Shown in pieces: positions 59,856 through 64,000 of a stretch of 64,000 nt of DNA (the first letter of the stretch is position 1; the number at the start of each line of letters is the position of its first letter). The stretch lies in NCBI RefSeq assembly GCF_009914755.1, contig NC_060933.1; one strand, written 5' to 3'. The position numbers and the translations under genes were made by a program. Source of the DNA: the human T2T-CHM13v2.0 reference genome, Homo sapiens. The notes under the pieces are model-generated. The model did no database searches, was not told the origin of the DNA, and saw only the letters and a list, made by a program, of their open reading frames with translations.

Positions 59856-60769
59856 GTTTATTTATTCTAATGAAGTCCAGTTTTATCACTTTTTCCTTTT
59901 GTAGATTTTGTTTTTAATATCAAGCCTAAAAATTCTTTGCCTAGCCCAAGGTCTCAAGAGTTTTCTTCTATTTTAAAAAGTTTAGTGAATTTATTTATTT
60001 ATTAATTATTTTTGAGACGAGGTTTCGCCCAAGCTGTAGTGCAGTGGTGCCATCATTGCTCACTGCAGCCACTAACTGCTGGATTGAAGTGATGCTTCCA
60101 CCTCAGCCACTTGAGTAGTAGCTGGGATTACAGGCACGAGCTACCATACACAACTTTAAGTTTTATAATATTACATTTTACATTTAAGCCTGTGATTTAT
60201 GTGAGCTAAATTTTATATAAAGTATAAATTTAGGTCAGTCTTAGTTTTTGTACCTGTGAATGTCCAATTGCTGTAGCACCATTTGTTGAAAAAGATATCC
60301 TTCCTTTAAACTGATTTTGCATCCTTGTTAAAAAAAAATCAGTTGAATATAGTGTGGTCTGTCAGCTTTTAATAAGATAAAAACATTGACACTCACCAGA
60401 TATCGAAGTTTAGAAATTTTTTTAAAGCTAAACTTCTGAAAATAGAATAAAAACACCTTCACATGTCAAATTAGTCAATTTCTATAGGACTAATTCATTT
60501 AAATATATTAAAATACAAAATAATTCAAACTACTAAAGTGATAATACAAGACTATAAATTTAAAGGCTAATTATTAAGTCAAATTGCTGTATTCTACGTG
60601 TTAGAGTGAGTTCAAAAGATCCATTGTATTACTGAATAGGCAAAAGTTTTAATTTCAGAGGATGAAACTGATATATTACTGCCACCTTGTGGATATTCTG
60701 TTATTACAGGCTATTATAAAAAGCAATGAGGGTATGTAATCTGTTCTAAGAAGAAGCATTTCCTTTTTT

Positions 60770-61001
60770 TGAGGTTTTTATTATTGTTATTATTACATTT
60801 TAAGTTCTGAGATACATGTACAGAACGTGGAGGTTTGTTACATAGGTATACACATGCCATGGTGGTTTACTGCACCCGTCAACCCATCATCTACATTAGG
60901 TATTTCTCCTAATGCTATCACTCCCCTAGCCTCCCACCCCCCTGACAAGCCCCGGTATGTGATGTTCCCCTCCCTGTGTCCATGTGTTCTCATTGTTCAA
61001 C
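60770..61001 (-). mobile_element. L1PA 3' end fragment
   Basis: Antisense L1PA 3'UTR ending at TCTCATTGTTCAAC. Confidence 0.88.
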
Positions 61002-61082
61002 TCAAAAGAAAAACAGAAGCACTTTCTGCTTTCCCAATTTCTTAAATACAATGCAACTTTATGTTTAATTTAACTAACTTAA

Positions 61083-61373
61083 TTTTTTGAGACAAGGTCT
61101 AGCTCTGTTGCCCAGGCTGGAGTGGAGTGGTGTGAATATGGTTCAGTGAAACCTCCACCTCCCTGGCTCAAGTGATCCTCCTTCCTCAGCCTCTCGAGTA
61201 GCTAGGACCACAGGCACGCACCACCATGGCCAGCTAATTTCTTTTTTATTTTTTGTAGAGATGAGGTCTCACTTTGTTGTCCATGCTGGTCTCAAACTCC
61301 TGGGCTCAAAGGATCCTCTTGCCATGGCCTCCCACAGCGCTGGGATTTATAGGTGTGTGCCATGGCACCAGGC
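61083..61373 (-). mobile_element. AluJ-like element
   Basis: Diverged antisense dimer. Confidence 0.9.
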
Positions 61374-61609
61374 CTAAGCAACTGTAGAGAAGCCTTTTTT
61401 TCTTTCATAAAAACAGTTGTAGATATTTTCCTTATGGAATTTATTTGTGGTGAAATATTTTAATAGATGGTTTGTTAATAATTTGTCTCAGATAATAATA
61501 ATTGATTAATATTAAAACTACAAAACAAGTAGGATCTTCTTTTTCTATGAAAAATGAAAGTTGATTCTGACATTTATGTAAACATTTTAAATATTCAAAG
61601 TATATAAAT

Positions 61610-63851
61610 GTGAAGTCCTATCAAGAGTAATTAGACAAGAGAAAGAAATAAAGGGCATTCAAATCGGAAAGGAGGACATCAAATTGTTCCTATTTGCAGA
61701 TGACATGATCTTATATATAGGAAAACCTGAAGACTACCAGAAAACTTTTAGAACAAACAAATTCAGTGAAGTTGCAAGACACAAAACTAATACATGAAGA
61801 TTGGTTGCATTTTTATATATGAACAACAAACTTGCTGAAAAAGAAATTAAGAAGGCAAACCCATTTACAATAGTTACCAAAAAAAAAAAACCCAGACATA
61901 AATGTAACTAAGGAGGTAAAATGAAAACTACAAAACACTAATGAAAGAAATTGAAGAGGATACAAACAAATGAAAAGACATTCATACTCATGGATCAGAA
62001 ATATGAATGTTGTTAAAGTGACAGTACTACTCAAAAGCAACCTACAGATTCAATGCAATCTCTATCAAAATACCTATGAACATTCTTCACAAAATTAAAA
62101 AAAAATCCAAAGAGATTTTATGGAATCAAAAAGTATCCTGAATAGCCAAAGCCATCCTAAGCAAAAAGAACAAAGCTGGATGTATCATGCTACCAGACCT
62201 CAGAATACACTACAAAACTGTAGTAACCAAAACATCATGGTATTGGCATAAAAACAGACACATAGACCTATGGAATAGAATAAAGAACCCAGAAAATCCA
62301 CATATCTCAGCCAACGGATTTTTTACAAAGATGCCAAGAACACTCATTGGGGAAAGGATAGTCTCTTCAATAAATGGTGCTGGAAAAACTGGATATCCAT
62401 ATGCAGAAGAATGAAACTAGACCTCTGCCTCTCACCCTATACAAAGATCAACTCAAAGTATCTCAAATACCCAAATATAAGACCCAAAATGGTAAAGCTA
62501 CTAGAAGAAAACATAGGGGAGATCCTTCAGGACATTGCTCTGGGAAAATATTTTATGAATAAGGCATCAAAAGCACAGGCAACAAAAGAAAAAATAAACA
62601 AATAGGATCACATCAAGCTAAAAATCTTCTGCACAGCAAAGGAAATAAGAAAGTGAGTGAAAAGACAACTTACAGAATGGGAGAAAGTATAAACTCATCT
62701 GGCAGGAAATTAATATCAAGAATATACAAGGAATTCAAACATATCAACAGCAAAGAAGCACAACAATCTAATTAAATATAAACAAATGCTCTGAACAGAC
62801 ATTTCTCAAAAGAAGACATACAAATGACCAACAAATATATGAAAAAATGTTCAACACCACTAATCAGCAAGGAAATGCTAATCAAAGCCACAGTGAGGCA
62901 TCATCTTACTTCAGTTAGGATGGCTATTATAGAAGAGACAAAAATAACAAATGCTGACAAAGACGTGAAGAAAAGGGACTTTTTTTTTTGACAGAATCTC
63001 ACTCTCCGTCCAGGCTGGAGTGCAGTGGTGGTGTAATCTGGCTCCCTCTGCTTCTAGGGTTCAAATAGTTCTCCTCCCTCAGCCTCCTGAGTAGCTGGAG
63101 AAAAAGGAACTCTTATGCACTGTTGGTAGGAATGTAAATTAGAGCAGCCAGTATGGAGAACAGTATTGAAACACCTCAAGCAATCCCACTACTGGGAATT
63201 TATCCAAAGGAAAGAAAAGCATTATATTGCAGAGACATCTGCATCCCCATGTTTATTGCAACAGTGTTCACAATAGCCAAGATATGGAATCAACCTAGAT
63301 TTCCAACAACAGATGAATGGATTTTTAAAATACGGTATATATACACCAAGGAATGCTATTTAGCCATAAAAAAGAATAAATAAAACCCTGTCATTCTCAA
63401 CAACATGAATGGAACTGGAGGATATTATGTTAAGCAAAATAAGCCAGGAATAGAAATTTCAACACCACATGTTCTCACTCACGCAGAAGCTAAAGAAAAG
63501 TTGATCTCATAGAAGTAAAAAGTAGAACAGAGGATACTGCAGGCTGAAAAGGGTAGGGAGAAAGGAGGAATGGTAAGAGATTTGTTAATGGATACAAAAT
63601 TACAGCTAGGTAGGAGTAATAAGTTCTAGTGTTCTATAGTACTGTAGATGACTATAGTTAACAATACTATATTATGTAGTTTAAAATACCTAGGAGTAGT
63701 TTGAATGTTCCCAACACAAAGAAATAATAAATGTTTGAGATGATAGATATGCTAATTACCCTGATCTGATCACCATCTACATGTACTGAAACATCCCCAT
63801 ATAGCCATGAATATGTATAATCTTTGTCAATTTAAAAAGTAAAAAAAAAAA
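61610..63851 (+). mobile_element. Old L1 (L1MA-like) ORF2 RT region to 3' end, with an antisense Alu fragment at 62980-63098
   Basis: CTATTTGCAGATGACATGATC (LFADDMI RT motif), decayed ORF2 peptides, L1MA-type 3'UTR and A tail. Confidence 0.9.
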
Positions 63852-63967
63852 TTAATCTTGGAGAATGCATTTGAAGAACTTGTACTCAAGAAATCAACTT
63901 AAGAACCTGAGTCTCCTTGGAATTTGTGTTTTCTAGACCAGTACTTCTCCAAATTAAAGCAAATTTA

Positions 63968-64000
63968 GGCTGGGCATGGTGGCCCATGTCTATAATCTCA
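63968..64000 (+). mobile_element. Alu 5' end, cut by the window edge
   Basis: GGCTGGGCATGGTGGCCCATGTCTATAATC. Confidence 0.7.

Overview
This is primate (most likely human) pericentromeric DNA, a mosaic of segmental duplications. It holds no intact protein-coding gene, no RNA gene and nothing prokaryotic. From left to right: (1) monomeric alpha satellite (1-4955) interrupted by a 5'-inverted L1PA insertion; (2) an abrupt junction into Alu/L1/MaLR-rich sequence carrying a six-exon unprocessed BMS1 pseudogene fragment on the minus strand (11708-15275); (3) a block of junction-type repeats: a TAR1-derived CpG island with a mosaic CCG-rich VNTR, REP522-like sequence split by an old L1, two CAGGG-repeat arrays with an inverted island, and a 5.3 kb GATGA/GAAAT satellite with a four-copy ~830 bp higher-order repeat; (4) about 30 kb of AT-rich, repeat-rich sequence with one TRIM43-like RING/B-box pseudo-exon. 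The strongest lead is a possible chimeric transcription unit: a splice donor next to the TAR1/CCG island is in phase with the BMS1 exons, which keep all their GT-AG sites and have one internal stop. Repeat family names come from my recall of consensus sequences, not from a search. The chromosome cannot be assigned from the sequence alone.
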